Source: an uncultured Clostridia bacterium
GTDB taxonomy: Bacteria > Bacillota > Clostridia > TANB77 > CAG-465
Length of the DNA stretch: 64,000 nucleotides
Direction: 5' to 3'
Assembly (NCBI GenBank): GCA_934149365.1
Contig: CAKPEI010000004.1
Coordinates: 112,487 to 176,486 of the forward strand
Both the position numbers and the translations under genes were made by a program. The notes under the pieces were generated by a model, which was not told the DNA's origin, did no database searches, and worked only from the letters and a program-made list of their open reading frames with translations. This document shows, in pieces, positions 55,134-64,000 of this stretch; the stretch's first letter is position 1, and each line of letters begins with the position of its first letter.

Positions 55134-56705
55134 ATGAAATTTAATAAAAAATCTTTTTTTAGATATTTGGTATTATTGTTAGTGATAATATTAAGCTTTG
55201 TGACGATAAATGTGTGTAATAATAAAAAAAGTATTAATATAGATTTGTTTGGAAAAAATATTAAAATTAAATCAAGTGATATTTTAGAGGAAAATGGAGA
55301 ATACTATTTATCGTATGATTTTATTAAGCAAAATATAGACGAAGAAATATACTATGATGTTGTTTCTAAAAAGGTAGTAATAGCTTCTGATAAATGCCTT
55401 TTGAAAGCTAAAATAAATGAAAAAGAAGTTAGCAACAATTTTCAAAAGGAAAATGTGGAAAATATATGCGTTATTGAAAAAAATGAGGAAGAGTATGTCT
55501 CTTTAGAAGTTTTAGAAAAAGCCTATGATTATGATATAACAAAATACAAAAATACTATATATGTATCAGAAAAAGATTATTTCGAATGTATTGTAAAATC
55601 AAATGATACAAGAATGTATGAAAAGAGTGACTTTAAAAGTAGAGTAGTAAATTTTACTGATACAAAAACTCATTTGACAGGTATTATGGAAAAAGACGGC
55701 TTTATTCTAGTTAAAACAGATGATGAAAAAATAGGCTATATATCAAGTAAAATGTTAAATTATAAATTAAATGTAAAAGAGAATGTAGAAGAAGAAACTA
55801 AATTTTCAAAATACATATTCGCAGATAGCACAAACCAATATGTGGAAAAAGGATTGGGCGTAGATGGAGTAATGTTAAATATGTTTAATATTACTCAAAA
55901 ATCAGGGGATGTAAATGAACAGAAGATAGATAGCAGCTTTCTTACTAGCGTAAAAAATAACGGATATAAAGTATATGGAATAGTTACTAATGGATATAGT
56001 TTGGCTGGCTTTAATACTACAACTATTTCACAAATATTATCAGATGAATGTAAAAGACTTTTAGTCATAAATAATTTGGTAAGTTATTCTGAAAAATATA
56101 ACTTAGACGGAATTGTAGTTGATTTTAGAATGATTAAAGAGGAAGATAGTGATAATTTTACTCAATTTATAAAAGAGTTTAATGCTTTTTATACTAAGGA
56201 AGTTGTAGTTAGTATAAATGCAGGAGAATATAAAAACTATGTAAAATCTATTAAGTATTCTGATTTTTCAATAGTAAATTTTTATGAACAAAGAGATTTA
56301 AACTCTAATGTGTCTGGTTCTGTTTCAGAGCTGCCATGGATGGAACAAATTATAAAAAATATAATAGAAGAAACGAAGGCAAGCAAAGTAGTAGCATGCA
56401 TACCTAGTTATTCAATATTATGGACAGAAAAAAATAGCAATGTGGTTAATTCTAAAGTGTACAACTTAAGTTCTATTCAAGATTACATTACAAAAAATAA
56501 ATTAACTAAAAAATATCTTGAAAATTTAAAACAAAACTACGTTGAGTTTAAAAAAGGTTCACTTGTTTATAGAATGTGGGTAGAAGATGATACTTCAATA
56601 AAAAATAGGATGGAAATAATAAAAAATAACAAATTAGGGGGAGTAGCTATATACAAGTTAGGGTATGAAAATAGTGATATATTAAGCTTGGTAAATATTG
56701 AGTAA
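55134..56705 (+). CDS. GH18-like (YaaH/YdhD-type) protein, catalytic DxDxE motif apparently degenerate
   Basis: Signal-anchor. GH18-like strands (NLDGIVVDFRM where DGxDxDxE is expected; ..LGGVAIYKLGYEN near the C-terminus). Confidence 0.6.
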   Translation: MKFNKKSFFRYLVLLLVIILSFVTINVCNNKKSINIDLFGKNIKIKSSDILEENGEYYLSYDFIKQNIDEEIYYDVVSKKVVIASDKCLLKAKINEKEVSNNFQKENVENICVIEKNEEEYVSLEVLEKAYDYDITKYKNTIYVSEKDYFECIVKSNDTRMYEKSDFKSRVVNFTDTKTHLTGIMEKDGFILVKTDDEKIGYISSKMLNYKLNVKENVEEETKFSKYIFADSTNQYVEKGLGVDGVMLNMFNITQKSGDVNEQKIDSSFLTSVKNNGYKVYGIVTNGYSLAGFNTTTISQILSDECKRLLVINNLVSYSEKYNLDGIVVDFRMIKEEDSDNFTQFIKEFNAFYTKEVVVSINAGEYKNYVKSIKYSDFSIVNFYEQRDLNSNVSGSVSELPWMEQIIKNIIEETKASKVVACIPSYSILWTEKNSNVVNSKVYNLSSIQDYITKNKLTKKYLENLKQNYVEFKKGSLVYRMWVEDDTSIKNRMEIIKNNKLGGVAIYKLGYENSDILSLVNIE

Positions 56706-56779
56706 GTATAAGTAAAATTTCGTTGACAATATTTCCTATTTATAATATGATATAGCTATATTTGTAAAAGAGGTGCAGT

Positions 56780-57238
56780 ATGAAAAAATATAAAAGTGGT
56801 GTAACAGTTGTTTCGGTACTAATAATCGTGGTTGTTCTTGCTATTTTATCTTCTGCAATTGTTATATCTTCAAAATTAATAACAGATTACACGTATAAAA
56901 AAGAATTTAAAAATGAATATTATTTAGTAAAATCTGCAGTTAATGATTATATAATGAGAAATAGTGGAGTTATAGATTTTGAAGAAACACAAATAGATTT
57001 AACTAATATCACAAATAATAATTTAAGTCAATTTAGTGGAGAAACAATTGTTAGTAACAAAATAGACGCATATGTTGTTGACCTAGATAAAGTAGGTGTG
57101 TATAACACAACTTATGGAAATAAATTAGATAGTAATACAAATGATGTGTATGTTGTTACTAAAGACAAACATACAGTGTACTATAAAAAAGGTTTTAGCA
57201 GTAATAATTCTGTTTACTATAAAGCAATTGAAGATTAA
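56780..57238 (+). CDS. Small pilin-like protein (no Glu+5), homologous to the N-terminal 150 aa of the next gene
   Basis: Leader MKKYKSG/VTVVSVLIIVVVLAIL. Shared motifs with the next protein include LSQF..ET and YGNK...DVY.V....VYY..GF. Confidence 0.55.
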   Translation: MKKYKSGVTVVSVLIIVVVLAILSSAIVISSKLITDYTYKKEFKNEYYLVKSAVNDYIMRNSGVIDFEETQIDLTNITNNNLSQFSGETIVSNKIDAYVVDLDKVGVYNTTYGNKLDSNTNDVYVVTKDKHTVYYKKGFSSNNSVYYKAIED

Positions 57239-57254
57239 AGAGGAAGTTGATAAA

Positions 57255-59066
57255 ATGAGAAAAAAGGGAATCTCGCTAGTTTCGATATCAATAGCTGTAA
57301 TAGTTATGTTGGTACTTGTCTCAACAATAAGTGTATCGCTTACATTTTCTATTACAAATGCTAAGAAAATGACTTTTGCAAAGGAAATATATAATATTCA
57401 AAGTTTGGTAGATGAATATGTGGAAAGAGAAGAAACCTTACCACCAACGCTAGAAACAATACAAATTACTCCTAGTGATTTATCACAGTTTAACTTAGAA
57501 ACATTATCAAATGGGACACTTTTACTTGAAACTTTAGATTTACCAAGTTTAGATATTAAAAGTACTAGCTATGGAAACAAAGAAATAGGAGAAGATGATA
57601 CAGAAAAAGCTAAGGATGTTTATGCAGTATCACTAGCAACGGGTAAAGTATATTATATAGCAGGATTTGAGATAGCTGGTAAAAAATATTACACGCTTAC
57701 AGATGAGTTAAGACAAATGATAGAGAAGAAGCAAAATTTAACAGTAGGAGAAAAAACAGTTACTTTTACACCAAGTGTAGTTGGTTGGGGAAAAGATGGA
57801 ATATCCGTAACAGTTGCTGTACCATCGGAATTTACATCTCCATCACTTGAAATAAGTAATGCTAATATAAAATACACATCTACTACAGCAAATGGGGTAG
57901 TATATTATAACGTAAACACAGAAAAGGTTGCTGAAAATTATACAGTTACAGTTAATTATACAAAAGGTGGTGTGGTGTCAAGTGCGACGTATACTGCTAA
58001 GATAGATAAAACGGCACCTGTTATATCAAAAGATACAAGTGTATCAAATGTAACTGGAAAAGTAAATGGATTAAAAGCTACAGATACTGAAAGTGGTATA
58101 AAGTATTTTAAGTATGCAGAAGGAGTTATATCTTTAAGTGATGCTAATTCATATATGAAAGCTTACGGGAAAAATATAACAAACGGAAGTATAAATTTTA
58201 AAAACAGACAAAACTACACATTGTATGCAGAAGATAAGGCTGGTAACTACTCAATTATATATGTAGATATTAATGGACAACTTGTTACACAAAAACCAGG
58301 AGGACTAGTTATGGAAAAAGCCATAATATGGAGTGAAGGAAGTGGAACTCAAGATGACCCATATATAATATCAAAGGCTGAGAATTTAGCTTATTTATCA
58401 AATCAGGTAAATGCAGGAAACAACTACGAAAATGTCTATTTTTCTATTGGGAATACAAGAATTAATTTATCAGATTTGGATGAACCTTTTATACCTATAG
58501 GAAATAGTGAAAAAAATGCGTTTCAAGGAAGTATAATTGGATCTGGTACAGAAAATACATGTATTTCAAATCTTAAAGTAGGATATGTAAAAAGTGAAAA
58601 TAAATTAATTAAGCAAGAAAAGAATTATCAAGGATTTATAGGATATGCTGGTGAAAAGTTTGATATGCAAAATATTAATTTTTCTGATGTTGATATAGTT
58701 GGAGGAGAATATTGTGGTATAGTAGGATATAATAAAGGAGAAATAAAAAATTGCATAATTAATGTAAGTGTTGAGGGTAAAAAAAATGTTGGTGGAATAA
58801 CAGGATATAATGCAGGGACAATAAGTAGTAATACGATACAGATTAAGGTTACTGGAAATGAAAATGTTGGTGGAATAGCAGGGTATAATAATCATGTTAT
58901 AGAATATAACACGATGTATTCAGCTACAGTTACTGGTACTAATTATATAGGTGGAATAGCAGGGTATAATAATGCGACAATTAATGCTAATAGTACATAT
59001 GGATTAAATGTAACTGGTAAAACAAACTTTGGAGATTTAGTTGGCGGGGGAAATGCTGCAAATTAG
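57255..59066 (+). CDS. Pilin-like N-terminus fused to Ig-like middle region and GLUG-motif repeats
   Basis: ATG at 57255 gives MRKKG/ISLVSISIAVIVMLVLV. C-terminal repeats NVGGITGYNAG, NVGGIAGYNNH and YIGGIAGYNNA are GLUG-type. The listed start at 57141 overlaps the previous gene. Confidence 0.6.
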   Translation: MRKKGISLVSISIAVIVMLVLVSTISVSLTFSITNAKKMTFAKEIYNIQSLVDEYVEREETLPPTLETIQITPSDLSQFNLETLSNGTLLLETLDLPSLDIKSTSYGNKEIGEDDTEKAKDVYAVSLATGKVYYIAGFEIAGKKYYTLTDELRQMIEKKQNLTVGEKTVTFTPSVVGWGKDGISVTVAVPSEFTSPSLEISNANIKYTSTTANGVVYYNVNTEKVAENYTVTVNYTKGGVVSSATYTAKIDKTAPVISKDTSVSNVTGKVNGLKATDTESGIKYFKYAEGVISLSDANSYMKAYGKNITNGSINFKNRQNYTLYAEDKAGNYSIIYVDINGQLVTQKPGGLVMEKAIIWSEGSGTQDDPYIISKAENLAYLSNQVNAGNNYENVYFSIGNTRINLSDLDEPFIPIGNSEKNAFQGSIIGSGTENTCISNLKVGYVKSENKLIKQEKNYQGFIGYAGEKFDMQNINFSDVDIVGGEYCGIVGYNKGEIKNCIINVSVEGKKNVGGITGYNAGTISSNTIQIKVTGNENVGGIAGYNNHVIEYNTMYSATVTGTNYIGGIAGYNNATINANSTYGLNVTGKTNFGDLVGGGNAAN

Positions 59067-59105
59067 TTTTTAATGATATTAGAAAAATAAAAGCATCATA
59101 ACTGT

Positions 59106-59134
59106 TTGCAAATTTTAATACTATGTGAAATAAT
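59106..59134 (+). promoter_or_regulatory. Candidate promoter, copy of the 41544-41572 element
   Basis: TTGCAA, 17 nt, AATAAT, with the conserved block aTGTGAAATAATAT. Confidence 0.45.
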
Positions 59135-59180
59135 ATACATGTATGTTAAGTAAGGGTTTATTAGATGTAAGAGGTAATAA

Positions 59181-60356
59181 ATGAAATCAAGCAAATTAGA
59201 AGAAAAAAGAGGAATATCATTAATAGCACTAGTAATAACAATAATAGTAATGATAATATTAGCCGCAGCAATAATATTATCACTATCAAATAGTGGAATA
59301 ATAGGGAAAGCAAATAAGGCTAAAACAGATAGTGATACGGCAAATTTAAAAGAATATGTAAACGCATTAAAAGCAGAGTATGAACTAATGTCGGATGTAG
59401 AAAAAGAAGATAAAACGTTTGTACAGTTTGCAAATTTAAAATTGGAAGAAAAAGGCTATGAAAGAAAACTAGCAGAAAATGGGGCATTAATGAATGAAAA
59501 TGCGACAGTAGCAGTAAAAGAAGGAATACAAGTAGGAGATGTAGTAGGCTATAACCAGTTTTTAATACAAAAATCGGATGCGGATAAAAGTTATACGACA
59601 GATGGAAGTGAAAATACTGCTTCGGCTGGTTCAGAAACAGCTTCAACACCTCGAACAGTGAAAACAGATGAGACAATGACTTGGAAATACATAGGAATAA
59701 GCGAAGAAGGAAATATAGAGATATCTCCAGATATACCGACAGGTACGGTATCTAATAGTTACAGAATGACATTGGCTGGAAAAGGTGGTTATTTAAATGG
59801 CCCTACAATGTTAGATAAAGCATGTTCATCATTGTATTCTACTACAAAGGGCAACGCAAGAAGTATGAATATAGATGATGTAAATAACATCTTAGGTTAT
59901 ATAGGAGAAAAAGGTGCGTATTATAGTGCGAATGGAAAATATACACCAACACAAAGAGCAAAGATAATAGGCGAATTAGAGATTGAATTAGGAACTCAAA
60001 TAAGTAACACAGAAACTCCTGATGGAAGAAATATAAAGACATACGAAAGTAATTCTTATCATATTGATAAGACAAGTGATGTTAATAAAATGACAAAGGC
60101 AAGTAATGTAGGAATGATTTACTATGAAAACGAATATTGGCTAGCTTCTTCATGCGTTTATGCATACTTCCATAATCACTTTGCTACATTTTATGTACGC
60201 CGTGTTACATCCTCTAGTGTAACAAATTGTGGTATGTTCGATTCACGTAATACTTTTGGTAGTGGTTCATATTTGTTACGCCCAGTAGTGGAACTTAATT
60301 CAGACGTACAATTAATCAAAGACACATCAGCCACAAATACATGGAAAATACAGTAG
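59181..60356 (+). CDS. Pilin-like protein with DUF1566 / Fib_succ-like (lectin-fold) C-terminal domain
   Basis: Leader MKSSKLEEKRG/ISLIALVITIIVMIILAAAI. The C-terminus EYWLASSC..F..V...LRPVVELN resembles the YWSS...VRxV pattern of DUF1566-type domains (from memory). Confidence 0.6.
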   Translation: MKSSKLEEKRGISLIALVITIIVMIILAAAIILSLSNSGIIGKANKAKTDSDTANLKEYVNALKAEYELMSDVEKEDKTFVQFANLKLEEKGYERKLAENGALMNENATVAVKEGIQVGDVVGYNQFLIQKSDADKSYTTDGSENTASAGSETASTPRTVKTDETMTWKYIGISEEGNIEISPDIPTGTVSNSYRMTLAGKGGYLNGPTMLDKACSSLYSTTKGNARSMNIDDVNNILGYIGEKGAYYSANGKYTPTQRAKIIGELEIELGTQISNTETPDGRNIKTYESNSYHIDKTSDVNKMTKASNVGMIYYENEYWLASSCVYAYFHNHFATFYVRRVTSSSVTNCGMFDSRNTFGSGSYLLRPVVELNSDVQLIKDTSATNTWKIQ

Positions 60357-60415
60357 TGTAGGTATATTTGGTGAAAATCATGTAAATACAATATTTTGAA
60401 ATTCATAATACTTGA

Positions 60416-60470
60416 AAAATACAGTATAATGTAATATAATTTGGAATATGAACATTATACTGTATTTTTT
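60416..60470 (+). terminator. Long-stem terminator after the pilin-like cluster
   Basis: aaaatacagtataatg (60416-60431) / cattatactgtatttt (60453-60468), then T residues. Confidence 0.8.
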
Positions 60471-60501
60471 GTATATAAATGTATTATGTATGGTGAGTTA
60501 A

Positions 60502-61380
60502 ATGAAGAAAATAAAATTAATATATAATGTTGCAGCAGGGCAGAATGAGTTTAAATATTTTTTAGATGCAATAGTTGAAAAATTTGTAGACAAAGATTAT
60601 GATGTTTCGCTCTTTAGGGCTGGAAAGGGTGCTAACCTTGAAGAGTACGTAAAAGACTGTGAAGGTGTTTATGGAATAGTTGTAGCAGGAGGAGATGGTA
60701 CTATAAATAAAGTGGTTAATGTTATGATGAAAAATAATATTAAAGTACCATTAGGAATTATACCGGCCGGCACTTCAAATGATTTTGCAAAACATATAAA
60801 CATGCCAAATAGTTTTATTGAGTGTATAGATAGAATATTAAATGGTAATGTAGAGCCTATTGATGTGGGCCTTGCAAATGACAATTATTTTATAAATGTA
60901 TGTTCAGCAGGAATTTGTACTAACGCATCACAAAAAACAGACAAAAAGCTGAAAAACATCTTTGGAAAAGTTGCTTACTTTTTTACAGGTATAGTTGAGT
61001 TTTTTAAGTTTAAGCCTTTTGAAGTTAAAATAGAAACAGAAAATGATGTGTTCGTAGGAAAGATCTTCCTTTTTCTGATATTTAACGGTAGTACAGTTGG
61101 GGGAATGGACTTATTCACTAAAAACCCAAGTGTACAAGATGGACTGCTCGATTTGATTGTTTTAAAGGATTGTAAACATAGAAAATTTAGAAAAATGCTT
61201 GGAAATATACTTGCAGGCAAATTTGAAAAAGATGAAAATATAATTTACGTAAAAGAAAAATATATTAAGATAACAAAACTTTCAGGAAAATGTGACGCTC
61301 CTGATGTGGATGGAGACCCAGGTCCTACATTCCCAATGGAAGTTAGATGTATAGAAGATGGAATTAATATGTTTTTATAA
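60502..61380 (+). CDS. Diacylglycerol/lipid kinase (YegS/BmrU family)
   Basis: DAGK catalytic motif VVAGGDGTINKVVN and IPAGTSNDFA. 292 aa. Confidence 0.88.
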   Translation: MKKIKLIYNVAAGQNEFKYFLDAIVEKFVDKDYDVSLFRAGKGANLEEYVKDCEGVYGIVVAGGDGTINKVVNVMMKNNIKVPLGIIPAGTSNDFAKHINMPNSFIECIDRILNGNVEPIDVGLANDNYFINVCSAGICTNASQKTDKKLKNIFGKVAYFFTGIVEFFKFKPFEVKIETENDVFVGKIFLFLIFNGSTVGGMDLFTKNPSVQDGLLDLIVLKDCKHRKFRKMLGNILAGKFEKDENIIYVKEKYIKITKLSGKCDAPDVDGDPGPTFPMEVRCIEDGINMFL

Positions 61381-61395
61381 TTTGGAGGGAAAATA

Positions 61396-63792
61396 ATGTA
61401 CGATAAAAATATAGATAAAAAATGGCAAGATAAATGGTATGCCACAGATTACTTTAATGCAAAAGATAATAAAGATATGAAAAAATTCTATGGACTAATA
61501 GAGTTTCCATATCCTTCTGGAGTAGGACTTCATGTAGGACATGTTAGAGCATTTATGGGGATGGAAGTTATAGCAAGAAAAAGAAGATTAGAAGGATATA
61601 ATGTACTATTTCCAATAGGGTGGGATGCATTTGGTCTTCCAACAGAAAACTATGCTATAAAAACAGGAATACACCCAAGAGTAGTTACAGATAAAAATAT
61701 AGCTACTTTTACAAGACAATTAAAATCATTAGGTTTTTCTTTTGATTTTACAAGACAAGTAGATACAACTGATCCAAATTTCTTTAAGTGGACACAGTGG
61801 ATATTCTTGAAATTATTTGAGAAAGGCTTGGCATACAAAGATAAAACAGAAGTTAACTATTGTAATAATTGTAAAGTAGTTCTTGCAAACGAAGAGTCAC
61901 AAGGTGGAAAATGTGACAGATGTGGTGGAGAAGTTGTTCAAAAAGAAAAAGAAGTATGGATGCTTAAAATCACAGATTATGCTGATAAATTACTTGAAGA
62001 ATTAGAAAATCTTGACTATCTTCCAAGAATTAAAACAATGCAAGAAAATTGGATAGGAAAATCAACAGGTGCAGAAGTTGATTTTAAAATAGCTGGTAAA
62101 GATGATTCTTTAAGAATATATACTACTAGACCAGATACAATGTTTGGTGTTACATTTATGGTTATCGCTCCAGAACATCCTATATTAAAGAAATATAAAG
62201 AAGAGATAGAGAATATTGCAGAGATAGAAGAATATGCTGCAAACGCTAAAAAGAAGACTGAGTTTGAAAGAGTTCAACTTGCTAAAGATAAAACAGGTGT
62301 TGAAATTAAAGGATTAAAAGCAATTAACCCTATAAATAATAAAGAAATACCAATATGGGTATCTGATTATGTAATGATGGGATATGGTACTGGTGCTATA
62401 ATGGCAGTTCCTGCACATGATACAAGAGATTATGAGTTTGCTAAAAAATTTGATATAGATATTATTCCTGTAATAGCAGGTGGTGATATTTCAAAAGAAG
62501 CTTTTACAGATATATATAGTGGAAAGATGATTAATTCAGATTTCTTAAATGGACTTGAAGTAAAACAAGCTATAGCTAAAATGATAGAATTTTTGGAAGA
62601 AAAGAAAATAGGTAAAAAAGCGGTCAACTATTCAATGAAAGATTGGGCTTTTGCAAGACAAAGATATTGGGGAGAGCCAGTACCTATTGTAAAATGTGAA
62701 AAATGTGGACTAGTTCCAGTGCCAGAAGATGAACTTCCTTTAAAATTACCAGAAGTAGAAGATTTTAGACCTGGTGAAGGTGGAGAATCACCATTAATTA
62801 AGGTAGACTCTTGGGTTAACACAACATGTCCTCATTGTAAAGGCCCTGCAAAAAGAGAAACTGATACAATGCCACAATGGGCAGGTTCTAGTTGGTATTA
62901 TCTAAGATATGCAGATCCACATAATAACGAAGAATTAGCTTCAAAAGAAGCGTTAGAATATTGGACGCCAGTAGATTGGTATAATGGTGGTATGGAACAC
63001 GTTACAAGACACCTTATTTATTCAAGATTTTGGCATAGATTTTTATATGATAATGGCATAGTTCCTACTAAAGAACCATATAAAAAGAGAACAGCGCAAG
63101 GTTTAATATTAGGCTCAGACGGAGAAAAAATGTCTAAATCTCGTGGTAATGTTATAAATCCAGATGATATTATTAATGAATATGGTGCAGATACTTTAAG
63201 AGCATATATACTATTTATAGGAGATTATGAAATGGCTGCTCCTTGGTCAGATAATGGAGTTAAAGGAGTAAAGAAGTTCTTAGACAGAGTTATAAGATTA
63301 GAGCAATTTGTTCAAAAAGATAAATTTGAAAATGAAGAACTTGAAAGAGAACTTAATAAGACTGTTAAGAAAGTTACAGAAGACTATGAAAGTATGAAAT
63401 ACAATACTGCAATAGCTCAGATGATGACATTTGTAAATGTAGTATATAAAGTTGGTAAAATAAGCGTAGAAGATTTAAACAAATTCTTGATAGTTTTAAA
63501 TCCAGTAGCACCTCACGTAACTGAGGAAGTATGGTCAAAATTCAATGATAATATGATAATTGATGCAAGCTGGCCAAAGTATGACGAAAGCAAGATAAAG
63601 ACTGATAACGTAGAATTAGCTGTTCAAGTAAACGGTGCAGTTAAATTTAGAATAAGTGTTAGTCATGGAGCTTCTAAAGAAGAAATAGAAGAAGTTGTTA
63701 TGAAAGACGAAAACTTAGATAAGTACATAAATAGAGAAAATATAAAGAAAATTATTATAGTTCCTGGTAGAATTGTAAATTTTGTTGTATAA
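61396..63792 (+). CDS. leuS: Leucine--tRNA ligase
   Basis: HIGH-type motif (GLHVGHVRAF) and KMSKS (GEKMSKSRGN). 798 aa. Zn-type CxxC pairs in the insertion domain. Confidence 0.97.
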   Translation: MYDKNIDKKWQDKWYATDYFNAKDNKDMKKFYGLIEFPYPSGVGLHVGHVRAFMGMEVIARKRRLEGYNVLFPIGWDAFGLPTENYAIKTGIHPRVVTDKNIATFTRQLKSLGFSFDFTRQVDTTDPNFFKWTQWIFLKLFEKGLAYKDKTEVNYCNNCKVVLANEESQGGKCDRCGGEVVQKEKEVWMLKITDYADKLLEELENLDYLPRIKTMQENWIGKSTGAEVDFKIAGKDDSLRIYTTRPDTMFGVTFMVIAPEHPILKKYKEEIENIAEIEEYAANAKKKTEFERVQLAKDKTGVEIKGLKAINPINNKEIPIWVSDYVMMGYGTGAIMAVPAHDTRDYEFAKKFDIDIIPVIAGGDISKEAFTDIYSGKMINSDFLNGLEVKQAIAKMIEFLEEKKIGKKAVNYSMKDWAFARQRYWGEPVPIVKCEKCGLVPVPEDELPLKLPEVEDFRPGEGGESPLIKVDSWVNTTCPHCKGPAKRETDTMPQWAGSSWYYLRYADPHNNEELASKEALEYWTPVDWYNGGMEHVTRHLIYSRFWHRFLYDNGIVPTKEPYKKRTAQGLILGSDGEKMSKSRGNVINPDDIINEYGADTLRAYILFIGDYEMAAPWSDNGVKGVKKFLDRVIRLEQFVQKDKFENEELERELNKTVKKVTEDYESMKYNTAIAQMMTFVNVVYKVGKISVEDLNKFLIVLNPVAPHVTEEVWSKFNDNMIIDASWPKYDESKIKTDNVELAVQVNGAVKFRISVSHGASKEEIEEVVMKDENLDKYINRENIKKIIIVPGRIVNFVV

Positions 63793-63835
63793 TCTAATTA
63801 AAGTAATTATCTAAAACGAAAGAGGTATATGATAT

Positions 63836-64000
63836 ATGCTTGAAAATTTTGATATGGAGCTGTTTAAGCAGATATACGTTCAGGTAATAGCTACACTTTC
63901 TTTTATTTGTCTTGGTATGGTACTGTATAGATATTCTATACTATATAAACTAAGAGAAACAAAAGTAGTGTCTAAAGCAGCTTATACTGACGCTTTAACA
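63836..64000 (+). CDS. Membrane protein, probable GGDEF diguanylate cyclase, 3' end cut by window edge
   Basis: AGAGG SD then ATG at 63836. 55 codons are open to the window end: MLENFDMELFKQIYVQVIATLSFICLGMVLYRYS.. (TM helix), then ..AAYTDALT, the usual entry into a GGDEF domain. Not in the ORF track because no stop is reached. Confidence 0.5.
   Translation, partial: MLENFDMELFKQIYVQVIATLSFICLGMVLYRYSILYKLRETKVVSKAAYTDALT

Noticed and set aside
57141-57254. N-terminal extension of the GLUG protein ORF given in the track (start 57141)
   Set aside because: The extension overlaps the 3' end of the previous gene in another frame. The ATG at 57255 yields a canonical basic leader plus hydrophobic helix that matches its paralogues.
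61381-61395. T-box or other leader RNAs for leuS, glyA and asnB
   Set aside because: The intergenic spaces are too short: 15 nt before leuS and 57 nt before glyA. About 215 nt before asnB are shared with a divergent promoter. None contains a T-box sequence (no ..GGUGGUACCGCG-like element seen).

Overview
AT-rich chromosomal segment of Firmicutes/Clostridia type, from an anaerobic endospore former (spoIIE, spoIIR, a ytvI-like gene, nrdDG). I cannot name the species from sequence alone.

The housekeeping backbone is secA, nrdD-nrdG, glyA-topA (overlapping stop and start), mnmA plus a hemolysin-III-family gene, a class A PBP, a ttcA-like gene, asnB, PIN-PhoH, mrnC, an ECF sigma operon, trxB-ccdA-tlpA-trxA, SPFH/NfeD, a lipid kinase, leuS, tRNA-Lys(CUU) and tRNA-Arg(UCU).

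Accessory islets interrupt the backbone:
- (i) A giant N/S/T/Y-rich surface protein followed by an SLH-domain protein (3-6205).
- (ii) A RhuM / HD-variant / Bro-N-DinD-like islet. The Bro cassette is bracketed by a duplicated 30-nt terminator module (12839-15696).
- (iii) A Sec-exported operon resembling a polymorphic toxin, with a tightly coupled 74-aa candidate immunity gene. It carries a His/Cys repeat module (HPH[YA]..CxCG..CxxC) that I do not recognise, and the next secreted protein reuses that module (38401-41116). This is my best candidate for something undescribed.
- (iv) A family of four pilin-like proteins whose prepilin-like leaders (K/R-G then I/V-S/T-L/V..) all lack Glu+5. They are fused to GLUG-repeat or DUF1566-like domains (56780-60356). 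A frameshifted paralogue lies at 41617-42751.
- (v) A 570-nt gene-free region with a near-consensus orphan promoter, a locally GC-rich structured segment and a 30-codon hydrophobic ORF behind a Shine-Dalgarno sequence on the other strand (34240-34817). It could be an sRNA or a type I toxin-antitoxin locus.

Other points:
- Two apparent +1 frameshifts (CDF transporter, pilin paralogue) are each one extra C in front of GG.
- About 230 bp of helically phased A-tracts lie upstream of the nrdD promoter.
- A 21-nt alternating purine/pyrimidine tract lies inside a 22-codon mini-ORF.

I saw no rRNA, CRISPR array, transposase/integrase or phage structural genes. All functional calls rest on motif recognition by eye, and no database search was run.
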